Shown one piece after another: positions 28,148 to 40,700 of a stretch of 64,000 nucleotides of DNA. Within the stretch, counting starts at the first letter, position 1. Each line of letters begins with the position of its first letter. The stretch is from the human T2T-CHM13v2.0 reference genome, Homo sapiens: assembly GCF_009914755.1 (NCBI RefSeq), contig NC_060925.1; one strand, written 5' to 3'. Made by a program: the position numbers and the translations under genes. Under the pieces are notes generated by a model. The model was given only the letters and a program-made list of their open reading frames with translations, ran no database searches and was not told where the DNA came from.

Positions 28148-28603
28148 GATGGGCAAAAAGAAACAGCTTTTCCTCACCCATCACTAGGTTCATGGCTAAG
28201 GCCCTTAAAACAAAAGACACATTAAGAAGGTAAAAGCATACAAATTTACTTAATATAAGTTTTATATAACATAGGAGCTTTCAGAAATGAAGAATCAAAG
28301 AAAGAGGATTTTATGCTAAGTTTGATGAAGAAGTGGATAGCAGAGGAGAAATATTATTGGACAATGAGGGTGTGATCTAATAGTAATAAACTTGGGGGAA
28401 CTTAGAAAGGCCAGTTTGTTCAGTCTTCTCTGTGTTTCCGTGTCTTCAGAGTAAGGATTTTTCTTTCCTCTTGAATGAAGACCTTATGACTTGCTTCAGG
28501 GGAGAAGAGCTGGAGAAGGTCAGAGAGTGATCCTCCTAGGTTTTATTACTTTCTGAAGTGACAAGATGCCATATTTGGGGGTAGCATTTCCTGGACGCCA
28601 TTA
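28148..28603 (-). mobile_element. ERV1 (MER4-group) solo LTR inserted in L1
   Basis: Ends gccatatttgggggtagcatttcctggacgccatta; probable gtag TSD; L1 resumes at both sides. Confidence 0.75.
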
Positions 28604-29813
28604 GTAGTTTTCAATGTACAGGTTTTGCATAATTTTGTCAAATTTATTCCTAAAGGTTTCATATTTTTATCCTATTATAAACTATACCTTTTATTTTAGT
28701 CTCTGATTGTTTCTACTACACAGAAGCAAAATTAATTTTGTATACTGAGATAGTATCTTGTATACTGGCCAACAGGTTCTTAGTTATAGTAGTGTTTTTA
28801 CTAGATCAAATTTCATCTGATTTTCTAGATAAATAATTATGTTGCCTTTGAAGTAAGTCAGTGTTACTTCTTCTCTTTCAATATAGCTGCCTTTTGTTTC
28901 TCTTTCTTACCTTAAATCGCTGGCCAGACTTCTAGTACAATGTGGAATGGAAGCAGTAATTGCAGTCATCTTTGTCTTCTTCCTGATTTTAAGGGAAAAC
29001 ATTCAGTCTCTCAGTTATGTATGATGCAACTGTAAGTTTTTGGTAAATGTCCTTTAACCGGGTTGCGGAAATTCCCTCCTATTCCTAGTTTGCTGAGAGT
29101 TTTTAAAAATCAGGAATTGATATTGGAACTTGTCAATGCTTTTTCTACATCTACTGAGATGATTATGTTTTCCTTTTTCGTTTGTTAATATAGGAAATTG
29201 CATTGATTCATTTTCTAATGTTAAATCAATGCTGCATGCCTCAAAGTAAACTCCACTTAGTAATGATGTGTTTGTTAGCCTATATATACTGTTGGACTCA
29301 ATTTGATAAAAATCTGTTCAGAATTTTTGCACTTATATTCATCAAGAATATTGGTTTGCAGTTTTTCTTTCTGAAATGTCTTTTTCTGGTTTTGGTATCA
29401 AGATAATGCTGGCCTCATAAATTGAAAAGGAGAGACTCCTTTTCAATTTTCTGAAAGAGTTTGAGTAGAATTGATATTATTTCTTTATTAAAATGGTTTG
29501 TAGTATTCACTAGTGAGGCTATATCTCCTTGGACTTGTCTTTGTGGAAAAATTTTAAACTATGAAATCTATTTTTAAATTAATATAGGAATATTCAGATC
29601 ATCTCTTTTTTCTGAGCAAGCTTTGTGTTCTTCAGGAATTTTGTCACTTTCATCTCAATTGTGGTGTTTATTATCATATAACTGGTCATAATATTTCTTT
29701 ATTATATTTTTAATATCTGTGTAATCTGTAGCGATTACTTCTGTAATTTGTACATTGTAATTTGAGACTTCTCTTTTCTCTCTTATAAATTTGGGTAGAG
29801 GTTTATTAATTTT

Positions 29814-30124
29814 TTTTTTTTTTTTTTTTTTCTTGAGATGGAGTCTCACTCTGTCACCCAGGCTGGAGTGCAGTAGTGCAATCTTGGCTCACTGCAACCT
29901 CCCACTCCCACTCGTGGGTTCAAGCGATTCTCCTGCCTCACCCTCCTGAGTAGCTGGGACTATAGGGGTGCACCACCATGTCTAACTAATTTTTTTGTAT
30001 TTTTAGGAAAGACAGGGTTTTACCATGTTGGCCAGGCTGGTTCGAAACTCCTGACCTGAGGTGATCCACCCCCCTCCACCTCTCAAAGTGCTGGGATTAT
30101 AGGTGTGAGCCACTGCACCCAGCT
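29814..30124 (-). mobile_element. AluS
   Basis: Full dimer; TSD agaggtttattaatttt at 29797-29813 and 30129-30145. Confidence 0.95.
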
Positions 30125-32126
30125 AGGCAGAGGTTTATTAATTTTATTGATTTTCTCTGAGTAACCACTTTTAGTTTCAGTGAATGTTTCTGTTTTCTAT
30201 TTCTTTGGTTTCTGCTTTGATAATTCTTTTCTTTCATCTGCTTATTTTGAGTTTATTTTTTTCTTTTCTAATCCTTAAAGTGGGAGCTGAGATCATTGAT
30301 TTGATACCATTCTTACTGTCTAATATGGGGATTTAGTGCTATAATTTCTATCAAAGTACCATTTAGTGGTACCCCAGAAATTCTGATATGCTGTGCTTTC
30401 ATTTCATTTAGTTCAAACATTTTTTAATTTCTCTTTTGATTTCTTCTCTGGTCATTGGTTATTTAGAAGTGTGTTATTAGTTTCCAAATATCTGTGGATT
30501 TTTGCAGATATTTTTGTTGTTAATTTCTAATTTAACTCAATTTTTGTCAGAAAGAAGTACTTTCTGTGACCTGACTCATTTTAAATTTATGGAACATTGT
30601 TTTATAGCATTACATATTATCTATCTTGGTAAAAATTCTGTGTGCAGTTAAAAAGGATGTATGATCTGCTCTTGTTGGAGAGAGTGATCTGTCAATGTCA
30701 ACTAGGTCAAGTTGGTTGATAGTGTTGTTCAAACCTTCCACATTCTTACTGATTTTCTGTCTAACTTTTTATGATTTCTTAAGAGAACAATGTTGAAATA
30801 ATTGAGAATTTATCTATTTCTCCTTGAAGTTCTATCAGCTGCTGCTTCATGTATTTTGAATCATTGTTATTAGGGGCATAAATATTTAGGATGATTATAT
30901 TTTCTTGATAGACTGACACCTTTATCATTATGAAATGAATTTCGTAATGATATTATGAAGTAATATTTCAAGCACTGAAATCTACATTTTCTGAAACTAC
31001 TATAGCTCCTCCAACTTTCTTTTGATTAGTGTTATTAAGGTATACCTTTTTTCCATTATTTTACTTTCAATTTACTTACGTCTTTATCCTTAAAGTTCAT
31101 TTCTTGTAAGCAAAACATTGTGTCTCACATTTTTATGCAATCTGAAATTCTCTTCTTTTAATGGGGGGTCGTAGACCATTTACATTTAATATAATTATTG
31201 ATATGACTAGATTTACATTTATCATCTTGAAATTCTTTTGTCCCCTTTGTCTGCTTGATTTGCCTTCATCTGTCTTAATTACTTTTTATGATTTTATCTT
31301 CTTGTTTTTGATTAACTATAATTGTTTGTCAACTTTAGTGGTTTGTTCAGCATTTTTAGTACATATATTAACTCATCACTGTCTACCTTCAAGTGATGTT
31401 ATACAACTGTACATATTGTATAAAACTTTTAGTGAAAACAAAAATATAAATAAATAAAAATAAATAAATAAAACTTAGAGTAGCACATTACATGTCTATC
31501 CTCTTGGTATTTGTGCTATTGTCATATATTTTGTTTACTCATATGTTATAAACTCCACAATACATTGTTATGATTGTTGTTTAGATAACTCATTATCTTT
31601 TAAAGAAATTTAACTAATGAGAAAATGTCATATAGTTCATCATATAGTTGCCATCTTTGGTTCTCTTTATTTCTTCATGTCAATCCATGTTTCCATCTGA
31701 TGTAACATTCCTTCTGCTTCAAGAAATTCTTTAACATTTCTTATAGTGCTATAGTGCAGGTCTGCTGGCAAAGAAGTCATTCAGAATCCTGTCACATGCT
31801 ACTATATGAATGAAACTTGAGGACATTATGCTAAATAAAGTAATTTGAAAAGACAAATGTTATAAGACTTAACTTATGAGGTATCTAAAGTAGTCAAAGT
31901 CTTAGAAAGTAAAATGGTGTTTTTAGAGGCTAAGAAAAGGAGGAAATGGGGAATTGTTTTTCAACTGGTATAGAGTTTTAGTTTCGTAAGATGAAAAATT
32001 TCTAGAGATATGTTGCACAACAATATGAATATAATCAACACTACTGAACTGTACGCTTAAAATGATTAAAATGGCTAAATAATATTCTATTATACGTGTA
32101 TAACATATTTTATTTACTCATCCATG

Positions 32127-34169
32127 TGTTATAGGATCCTTAGGATGTCGTTTTGCCAACCAGAAACCTCTGTGGCCCGTGGTACCTTTGCCTGAGTTTT
32201 GCTCGGGCCTGCTGGGCTCGTTCCACCCGCTCAGCGTGGCAGGCTGTGCTCAGCTCATGCCACTGGCCTGGATCCCATGCCTGCCAAGGGTGAGCCAGGT
32301 GCAGAGCAGTGAGGAGTGCATGAGCAGGCGAGCATGGAGTCCAGCCACTACACAAAGCCAGGCATGCTGGCTGCTGTGGTGGAGCAGCCAGCTCCAAGTG
32401 CCAGCATAGGCACTGACTGGCTCCATGCAATCCTGCAGCTGGATCAGATGCACCATAAGCAGCTTCCACTATAGGCACCTGTGTCTGGACGAGAGGAATG
32501 TGGTGATGCCCAGAAGCTTGGAGACACCAGAAACCGCAGAGCCCTAAAGGGGGTGTCACTACCCTGGCTTGGGGAGCCCCTAGGTCTGGCCTCCCAAAAG
32601 GCCGCAGCTCTTCTCTTGTTCTTGTTGCCCACAATGTGGCGAGTGGTAGGGGGAGGGGAGGCATGTTCAGCCCTGTTTGTGTTGTAGCTCTTTCAATCCT
32701 ACCATTTGGTTTGTCCCAAGTTCTTGTCCCACATCCAGGAAGAATGAGGTAGGTCAACAACTGGAGGGCAAGCAAGGCAAAGAGGTGCTTTACTGAGCAA
32801 CAATACAGCCTCAGGAGACCCAAAGTGGGTAGCTCCTTTCCACAGGCAGGTCATCCCAATGAATGCAGTGCTCAGTGGAGAGAAAAATCCAGAGTGGGTA
32901 GCTCCTATCTGCAGGCAGGTCATCCCAACATCTGCGAAGCCCTCAGGAGAAAGGAGACCTGGCATGGGTAACTTATGTCCATAGGCAGGTTGTCCTGACA
33001 TCTTTCTGTGAGTCTGGATGAGTCCAGCATTTTTATGGGCTTAACAAGGGAGGAAGAGCCTGCTGATTGGTCCATGGGTGGCCATGGGTGGGCTGGAAAA
33101 AGCACTATAAGTTCTCACTCCCAGCAGGGGACTCCTCTCCGAACTGACATCCCCACCCCCATGCTTCAGGCTGCCCTGGCTTGAAGGCAGGGTGATATGG
33201 TTTGGCTGTGTCCTACCCAAATCTCAACTTAAATTAACTTAAATTGTATCACCCAGAATTCCCATGTTGTGGGAGGGACCCAGGGGAGGTAATTGAATCA
33301 TGGGTGCCGGGAAATACCCATGCTATTCGAGTGATAGTGAATAAGTCTCATGAGATCTGATGGGTTTATCAGGGGTTTCTTCTTTTGCTTCTTCCTCTTT
33401 TTCCTTTTGCCACTGCCATGTAAGAAGTGCCTTTTTCCTCCCACCATGATTCTGAAGCTGCCCCAGCCATATGGAAATATAAGTTCAACTAAACCTCTTT
33501 TTCTTCCCAGTTTTGGGTATGTCTTTAACAGCAGCATGAAAACAAACTAATACATGAGGCTTCAGTGGGGACCCACCCCTTTCCACCCAGAAGCCTGTCT
33601 GCCTCTAGCTGATGGGCCTCTCTTCCATGCTTGTCAGCACCGAAAGTCTGGAGGGGGCTGGGGCAGCAGGAGGCTGGTGTGTCAGCACACCCCTGAGTGC
33701 ACACACACTCAGCTGGGTCGTGACAGGACCCAGGCTCAGCCTCAACTTTGCTTCAAAGTCAGATCACATGAGGAGTGGAAAGAGGCCTGGCAGCAGGAGC
33801 AGGCACTTTCCAGCCTGCAGGGGTGGGGCAGGTTCCCCGCCCTGAGAGCACAGGAATGCCTGGGTCCACAGCTGCAGCTGCACCTGGGAGGGCAGGGCTC
33901 CCACCCTGCCAACTCAGCAGGAGGTGGGGTTCCCAACTGATCCTGGCCCCTAAGAGTGGAGAGATGCTGGGATCTGGAGCTGCAGCTGGGTAGCTGCAGC
34001 TGAGCCTGGGGAGCACAGAGCTCCCACCCTGCCAACTCAGAAGCGGGTGGGGCTCCCACCTGTTCCTGGCTCCTGCTGGCTCCATGGAGTGCGCAACCTG
34101 GGCCACACCTCCCCTGCTGCAGCTGGCATCTTCACAGTGGCTGCTACAGATGCACCACCACTGCCATCA
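32127..34169 (-). mobile_element. MER52-family ERV1 LTR (GC-rich), interrupted by THE1A
   Basis: tgttataggatcctt...ccagaaacctctgtggcc at the left and ccactgccatca at the right; flanks catg/tgtg consistent with a CpG-decayed cgtg TSD. Confidence 0.85.
33193..33554 (+). mobile_element. THE1A solo LTR
   Basis: tgatatggtttggctgtgtcc...gatgggtttatcaggggtttc...aaactaataca. Confidence 0.9.
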
Positions 34170-34296
34170 TGTGGGTAGACATTTGGGTTGCTTCTGCCTC
34201 TTGGCTATTGTGAATAATGCTGCAATAAACATGGGTATGTAAATATCTCTCTGAGATCCTGCTTTCAATTCTTTTGGATATATTCCAAAAAGTGGG

Positions 34297-34657
34297 TGTC
34301 TTAGTCCAGGCTGCTATAACAAAATACCATATACTGGTGGCTTAAACAACAAACATCTATTTCCCACGGTTCTGTAGACTGAGAGGTCCAAGATCAAGGT
34401 GTCAGTTGATTTGGTGTCTGGTGAAGGCCCTTTTTCTGATTTGCAGATGGCCACCTTCTTGCGTATTCTCACATGGTAGAGACAGAGGGTTCTTGTTTCT
34501 TCCTCTAATAAGACCAACAATCCCAGCACAGAGGCTCCATGCTCATGACCTCCTCTAAACCTAATTATTTCCCCAAGGTTCCACCTCCAAATACTATCAT
34601 ATTAGGAATTAGGAATTCAGTATATAAATTTTGGAGGAACACATTCAGTCCATACCA
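34297..34657 (-). mobile_element. MLT1A-type solo LTR
   Basis: tgtcttagtcc...acattcagtccatacca; perfect TSD gtggg (34292-34296, 34658-34662). Confidence 0.9.
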
Positions 34658-35011
34658 GTGGGATTGCTATATATCATAATTCTAATTTTTTAATCTAATT
34701 CTAATCTTCATATCATAATTCTATTTTTAACTTTTTGAGAAACTTTCATACTATTTTTCACAGTAGCTGCACTATTTTACATTCCAACGAAGAGTGCACA
34801 AGTGTATCAATTTCTTCACATTCTGGCCAATACTTGCTATTTTCCAATTTTTTATAGTGGTCATCCTAATGGATATGAGGTGATATCTTATTGTGGTTTT
34901 AATTTGCATTCCTCTGATGATTAACAATATGAAGCATCTTTTTATTTGCTTGTGGGGCATGTACATATCTTTTCTGGAGGAATATCTATTCAAGTCTTCT
35001 GGCTAATTTTT

Positions 35012-35496
35012 TATAAGTTCAACAGGAGATGTTTAATACAAAGAATCATTAACTATGATAAAAAGTAACTGTAACATATAAGGAACCTCTGCAAAGCACC
35101 CTAGAGCTGAGAACCTAGAAAAAGACAAACCTGAGAGGAATTCATACCTCTTGGGAAAACATGCGGTTCACCCACTGAATAGCAAAGAACTCGGATACTT
35201 TGGCCATCCTAGAGCCCACCTGAAATTTCTTCAACTGCAAGAATAGAGCCCAGCCTCTAGTGTGCATATAGATAGAGCAATCAGCAACCGATGTTGGGAG
35301 GTTTGGGGACCTGGGACCAGGCAGGAGCTGCAACCCTTGGGAACCTGTGGGTTGCAGAAGGCTACAGAATAAGTAGCAACTTAGTGTGTGACTTTCCATG
35401 CCAAGAGCAGTTGCACAGGCTTTGCAGAAGCTTGCAAAAGAAGGGATTCTGGCCGCCACCTGAGTGCAGGTGGGAGAGCAGGCAATTGACAACCAG
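35012..35496 (-). mobile_element. ERVL-like LTR fragment inserted in L1MB
   Basis: Non-L1 segment with LTR-like motifs (cattaactatgataaaaagtaactgtaac, accctagagctgag) between contiguous L1 pieces. Confidence 0.5.
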
Positions 35497-35844
35497 GTTT
35501 TTGCCCAATTTTTAATCAGATTATTTGGAGTTTTGTTGTTGTAGAAGTTGTTTCTATATTCTGAATATTCACCTCTTTTCAGATAGATTATTTGTAAATA
35601 TTTTCTTCAATTCTGTAGGCTGCCTTTTCACTCCGTTGATTGTTTCCTTTGATGTACAGAGGTTTTTAAGTGGTCTCATTTGTCTATTTTTGCTTCTTTT
35701 GACTATATTTTTAATGTCATATCCAAAAAATCATTGCCCAATTCAATGTCATCAAGTTTGTTCCCTGTGTTTTATAGTTTTAGTCTCTTACATTGAGATG
35801 GTTAATCCATTTGGGGTTAATTTTTATGTATGATTTCAGGTATG

Positions 35845-36254
35845 TGTTACGGCCTAAATTATGTCCCCCCAAAATTCATATTGTAAGCCCTAACCCCAGT
35901 GTGACTGCATTTAAGTGTATCACTTTCAGGAAGGTAATTAAGGTTAAATGAGATGATAGATGATAGGAGTGGGGCCTTAACCCAGTAGGACTGGTGCCCT
36001 TATAATAAATAAATAAAAAAATTAATTAATAAAGAGAGAGACACCAGGGATGTGAATGCACAGAGAAAAGGCCATATGAGGACATGGTGAAAAAGTGGCT
36101 ATCTGCAAGCCAAAGAGAGGCCTGAGGAGAAACCAAACCTCACAACCCCTTGATTTTGGACTTCCACCTCCAGAACTGTGAGAAAATTAATTTCTACTGT
36201 TCAAGCCACCTAGTCTCTGGTATTTTGTTTTGGCAGCCACAGCAAGCTAATACA
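35845..36254 (+). mobile_element. MLT1B-type solo LTR
   Basis: tgttacggcctaaattatgtcccccc...gcaagctaataca; flanks gtatg/gtaag. Confidence 0.9.
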
Positions 36255-36477
36255 GTAAGGGTGAAACTACATTCTTTGCATGTGAATATCCAGTTTTCCC
36301 AGCACCATTTGTTGAAAAGGCTCTTCAGTTTCTGTATATATAAAACAAAAAAATAAAATCTTTATTTCACTTTCTTTTTTAAACAATATTTTCATTGGAT
36401 ACTTTAACTTAAATGCCTAAATTTTCTTTCAGTAATTTTAAAATGTTGTCCCACTGCTTTCTTATTTGTATTGTTCC

Positions 36478-36765
<288 letters not shown>

Positions 36766-37083
36766 CCTTGTATTGTTTCAATGAGCAATTCACTATCATT
36801 CCTATCTTTGTTCCTCTGTTCTTACCAGGTTTTTTTTCTCCTTTGCATGCATTATCTTATCTATTATTTTGAGCAATTTGATTATGATGTCTCTTGCTGA
36901 AGTTTACCTCATGTTTCTTGTACTTGAAATTTAATAAGCTTATCTTCGGGTTTATAGTTTTTATTATATATGGAAACTTTTTAACCATTTTCTTCCAATC
37001 TTTTTTCTTTCCCTTTCTCTTATGTACTTTGAAAACTCTAATTACATTTGAAATATGCCACTTAAAGTTGTCCCGTAGTTCAC

Positions 37084-37419
37084 TGTATTAGTCCATTTTC
37101 ACACTGCTTTAAAGAATACCACCTGAGACTTGGTAATTTATAAACAAAAGAGATTTACTTGACTCACAGTTCCGCATGGCCCGGGAGGCCTCAAAGAACT
37201 TACAATTATGGTGGAAGGCAGCAGGAGAGAGAGAAAAAGGAGAAGTGCCAGACACTTTTAATTAATCAGATTTTGTGAGAACTCATTCACTATCACGAGA
37301 ATAGCAAGGCACAAGTCTGCTTCATGATTTAATCACCTCCCACCAGGCCACTCCCTCGACATGTGAGGATTACAATTCAACATGAAATTTGGGTGGGGAC
37401 ACAGAGCCAAACCATATCA
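37084..37419 (-). mobile_element. THE1/MSTA solo LTR
   Basis: tgtattagtccattttcacactgc...acagagccaaaccatatca; flanks ttcac/tttac. Confidence 0.9.
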
Positions 37420-37529
37420 TTTACTGATGTTCTTTGCAGTTTTTACAGTTCTTTTTTTTCTGAGTATTTAATTTTGAACAGTTCCTTTGCTATAGCTTCA
37501 ACTTCAGTCATCTTTCCATCTATAATATA

Positions 37530-37715
37530 TAATTCATACATTTTCAGCAGAGAAAATTCTCTCCTAAGAAGGCAAAAATTGGCTCTTGAGATACAAAAAC
37601 AAAATATTATATGGTACATGTGTGGTTATAAGTTTCATGGGGAATGGAGGAGATTAGAAAATAAACGTCCAAAAAGGCTGCTTGGAGGTAATAATAAAAA
37701 AGGTTGAAAGCCTGG
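37530..37715. mobile_element. Probable hAT-Charlie-type DNA transposon remnant
   Basis: Non-L1 insert ending aaaaaaggttgaaagcctg, resembling a Charlie/MER terminus. Confidence 0.35.
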
Positions 37716-37759
37716 TATAATCTGCTGTTAATATCATATAGTATATTTTTTATACTACT

Positions 37760-40700
37760 GTTTTATTTTTATTTTATTTTTTATTTTTGTGGATACACAG
37801 TAGGTGCATATATTTATGGGCTACATGAGACATTTTGATACAGGTGAACAATGCGTAATAATCACATCAGGATAAATGGAGTATCTATCACTTCAAGTAT
37901 TTATCCTTTCTTTGTGTTAAAACAATCTAATTTTACTCTTTTAGTTATTTTTAAATGGACAATAAATTATTGTTGATGATAGTCACCCTGTTGTGCTATC
38001 AAATACTAGATCTTATTCATTCTAATTGTATTTTTGTATCCACTAACCATCCCCACATCCCCCACACCCCCACTGCCACTACCCTTCCCAGCCTCTGGTA
38101 ACCATCATTCTACTCTCTCTCTCTCTCCAGGAGTTCAATTGTTTTAATTCTTAGCTCCCACAAATAAGTGAGAATATGCGAAGTTTGTCTTTCTGTGCCT
38201 GGCTTATTTCGTTTAACATAATACACTCCAGTTTCACCCATGCTGTTACAAATGACAGGCTCTTACTCTTTTTTATGGCTGAATACTACTCCTCTGTGTA
38301 TATATACACCACATTTTCTTTATCCATTCCTCTGTTGATGGATAACTTAGATGGCTTCCAAATCTTGGCTATTGTGAATAATGCTGCAATAAATATGGGA
38401 GTGCAGATATCTCTTCAAAATACTGGTTTATTTGCTTTTGATATACCTAGCAGTGGAATTACTGGGTCATATTTTCAGTAATAGTCATATTACTGTTCTA
38501 TTTTTCATTTTTTAAGGAACCTCCAGACTACTCTCCATAGTGGCTGTACTAATTTACATTTCCACCAACGGTGTATGAGGGTTCCCTTTCCCAAACATCC
38601 TTGCCAGTGTTTGTTATTGTCTGCCTTTTGGATAAAAGCCATTTTAACTAGGAGATTATATCCCAGTTGATGATGCAATGATAGTTTTTATTTGCATTTC
38701 TCTGATGACCAATGATGTTGAGCTCCTTTTCACATACCTGTTTGCCATGTGTTTGTCTTCTTTTGAAAAATGTCTATTCAGATCTTTTGCCCATTTTTAA
38801 ATTGGATTATTTGACTTTTTCCTATTGAGTTGTTTGAGCTCTTTATATATTCTGGTTTTTAATCCCTTGACAAATAGATAGTTTGCAAATATTTCCCCCA
38901 TTCTGTGGGTTGTCTCTTCATTTTTTTTATTGTTTTCTTTGCTGTACAGACATGCTTTAACTTGATGTGATCCCATTTGTCTATTTTTGCTTTGGTTGAC
39001 GGAGCTTTTATGGTATTACTCAAGAAATCTTCACCCAGACCAATATCCTGAAGTTTCCCTAATGTTTTATTCCAATAGTTTCATAGTTTGAGATCTTAGA
39101 TTTAACTCTTTAACCCACTTTGATTTGATTTTTGTACATAGTGAGAGATAGGAGTCTAGTTTCATTCTTCTGTATGTGAATATCCAGTTTTCCCGAACCC
39201 TTTATTGAAGATACTGTCCTTTAAGTATGTTCTTGGCACTTTTGCCAAAAATGAGTTAATTGTAGGTGTATGGATATATTTCTTGGTTCTCTAGTCTGTT
39301 CCATTGGTCTATATGTCCGTTTTTATGCCAGTGTCATGCTGTTTTGATTATAGCTCTGTAGTATAATTTAAAGTCAGGCAATGTGATTCCTCCAATTTTG
39401 TTCTTTTTTGTTAAGGATGGTTTTGACTACTTATGTTCTTTTGTGGTTCCATATAAATTTTAGGATTAATTTTTCTATTTCTATGAAGAATGTCATTGAT
39501 ATTTTGATAGGGATTGCATTGAATCTATAGATTGCTTTGCATAGTATGGACATTTCAACAATACTGATTTTTCAAACCCTCAAACGTGGAATGTCTTTTA
39601 ATTTTTTGTGTCTTCTTTTATTTCTTGCATCAATGTTTTATAGTTTTTATTGTAGAGATTTTCACTTCTTTGGCTAATTCCTACGTATTTTATTTTACAT
39701 GTAACCATTCTAAATGGGATTACTTTCTTGATTTCTTTTTCAGATTGTTTACTGTTGGCATGCAGAAACTACTGATGCTACTGATATGTGTATGTTGCTT
39801 TTGTATCCTGCAACTTTACTGAATTTGATCATCAGTTAGAATATTTTTTGGTGGAGTCTTTAAGTTTTTACAAATGTAAGATTATATCATCTGCAAACAC
39901 GGCTAATTTGGCTTCTTCCTTTCCAATTTGGATGCCCTTTCTTTCTCTTGTCTGATTGCTCTAGCTAGGACTTCCAGTACCATGTTAAATTACATTAGTG
40001 AAAGTGGGCATCCTTATCTTGTTCCACATCTTAGAGGAAACTCTTTAAGTTTTCCATTCTTCAGTACAATACTAGCTGTGGGTCTATCATTTATGGCTCT
40101 TATTGGGTTGAGGTATGTTTCTTTTATGCCCAGTTTTTTGAGGGTTTTTATCATGAAGGGATGTAGAATTTTATCAAATGTCTTTTCAACATCAACTAAA
40201 ATGATCATATGGTTTCTTTCCTTCGTTCTATTCATATGATGTATCATACTGATTGACGTGCATATGTTGAATCACCATGGCACCCCTGGGATAAATCCCA
40301 CTTGATCATGATGAATAATCGTTTTAGTGCATTGATACATTCCATTTCCTAGTATTTTGTTGAGGATTTGTACATTAAGGTCCACCAGGGATATTGGCCT
40401 GTAGTTTTCTTTTTTTGATGTGTCTTTGTCTGCTTTTGGTATCAGGGCAATACTGGCCTCATGGAATGAATTTGGATGCCTCTATTTTTTCAGAATGGTT
40501 TCAATAGGATTGGTATTAGTTCCTCTTTAAATGTTTGGTAAAATTCAGCAGTGAAGCCATCAGGTCCTGGGATTTTCTTTTCTGGGAGACTTTTTATTAT
40601 GGCTTCAATCTCATTACTTGTTATTGACCTGTTCAGGTTTTGGATTTTTCATGGTTCATTCTTCATAGGTTGGATGTGTCTAGGAATTTGTCCATCTCTT

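Larger units (their letters stand above)
31784..36321 (-). mobile_element. L1MB-type 3' portion nested in the older L1; terminal ~290 bp (31784-32075) is on the + strand
   Basis: aatcctgtcacatgctac...gaggacattatgctaa (+) joined to aataatattctattatacgtg...gacatttgggttgc (-). Confidence 0.7.

Noticed and set aside
32140-34106. Longest ORF (227 aa) and the cluster of overlapping ORFs
   Set aside because: All lie in the GC-rich MER52/THE1A LTRs, where stop codons are rare; no recognisable domain
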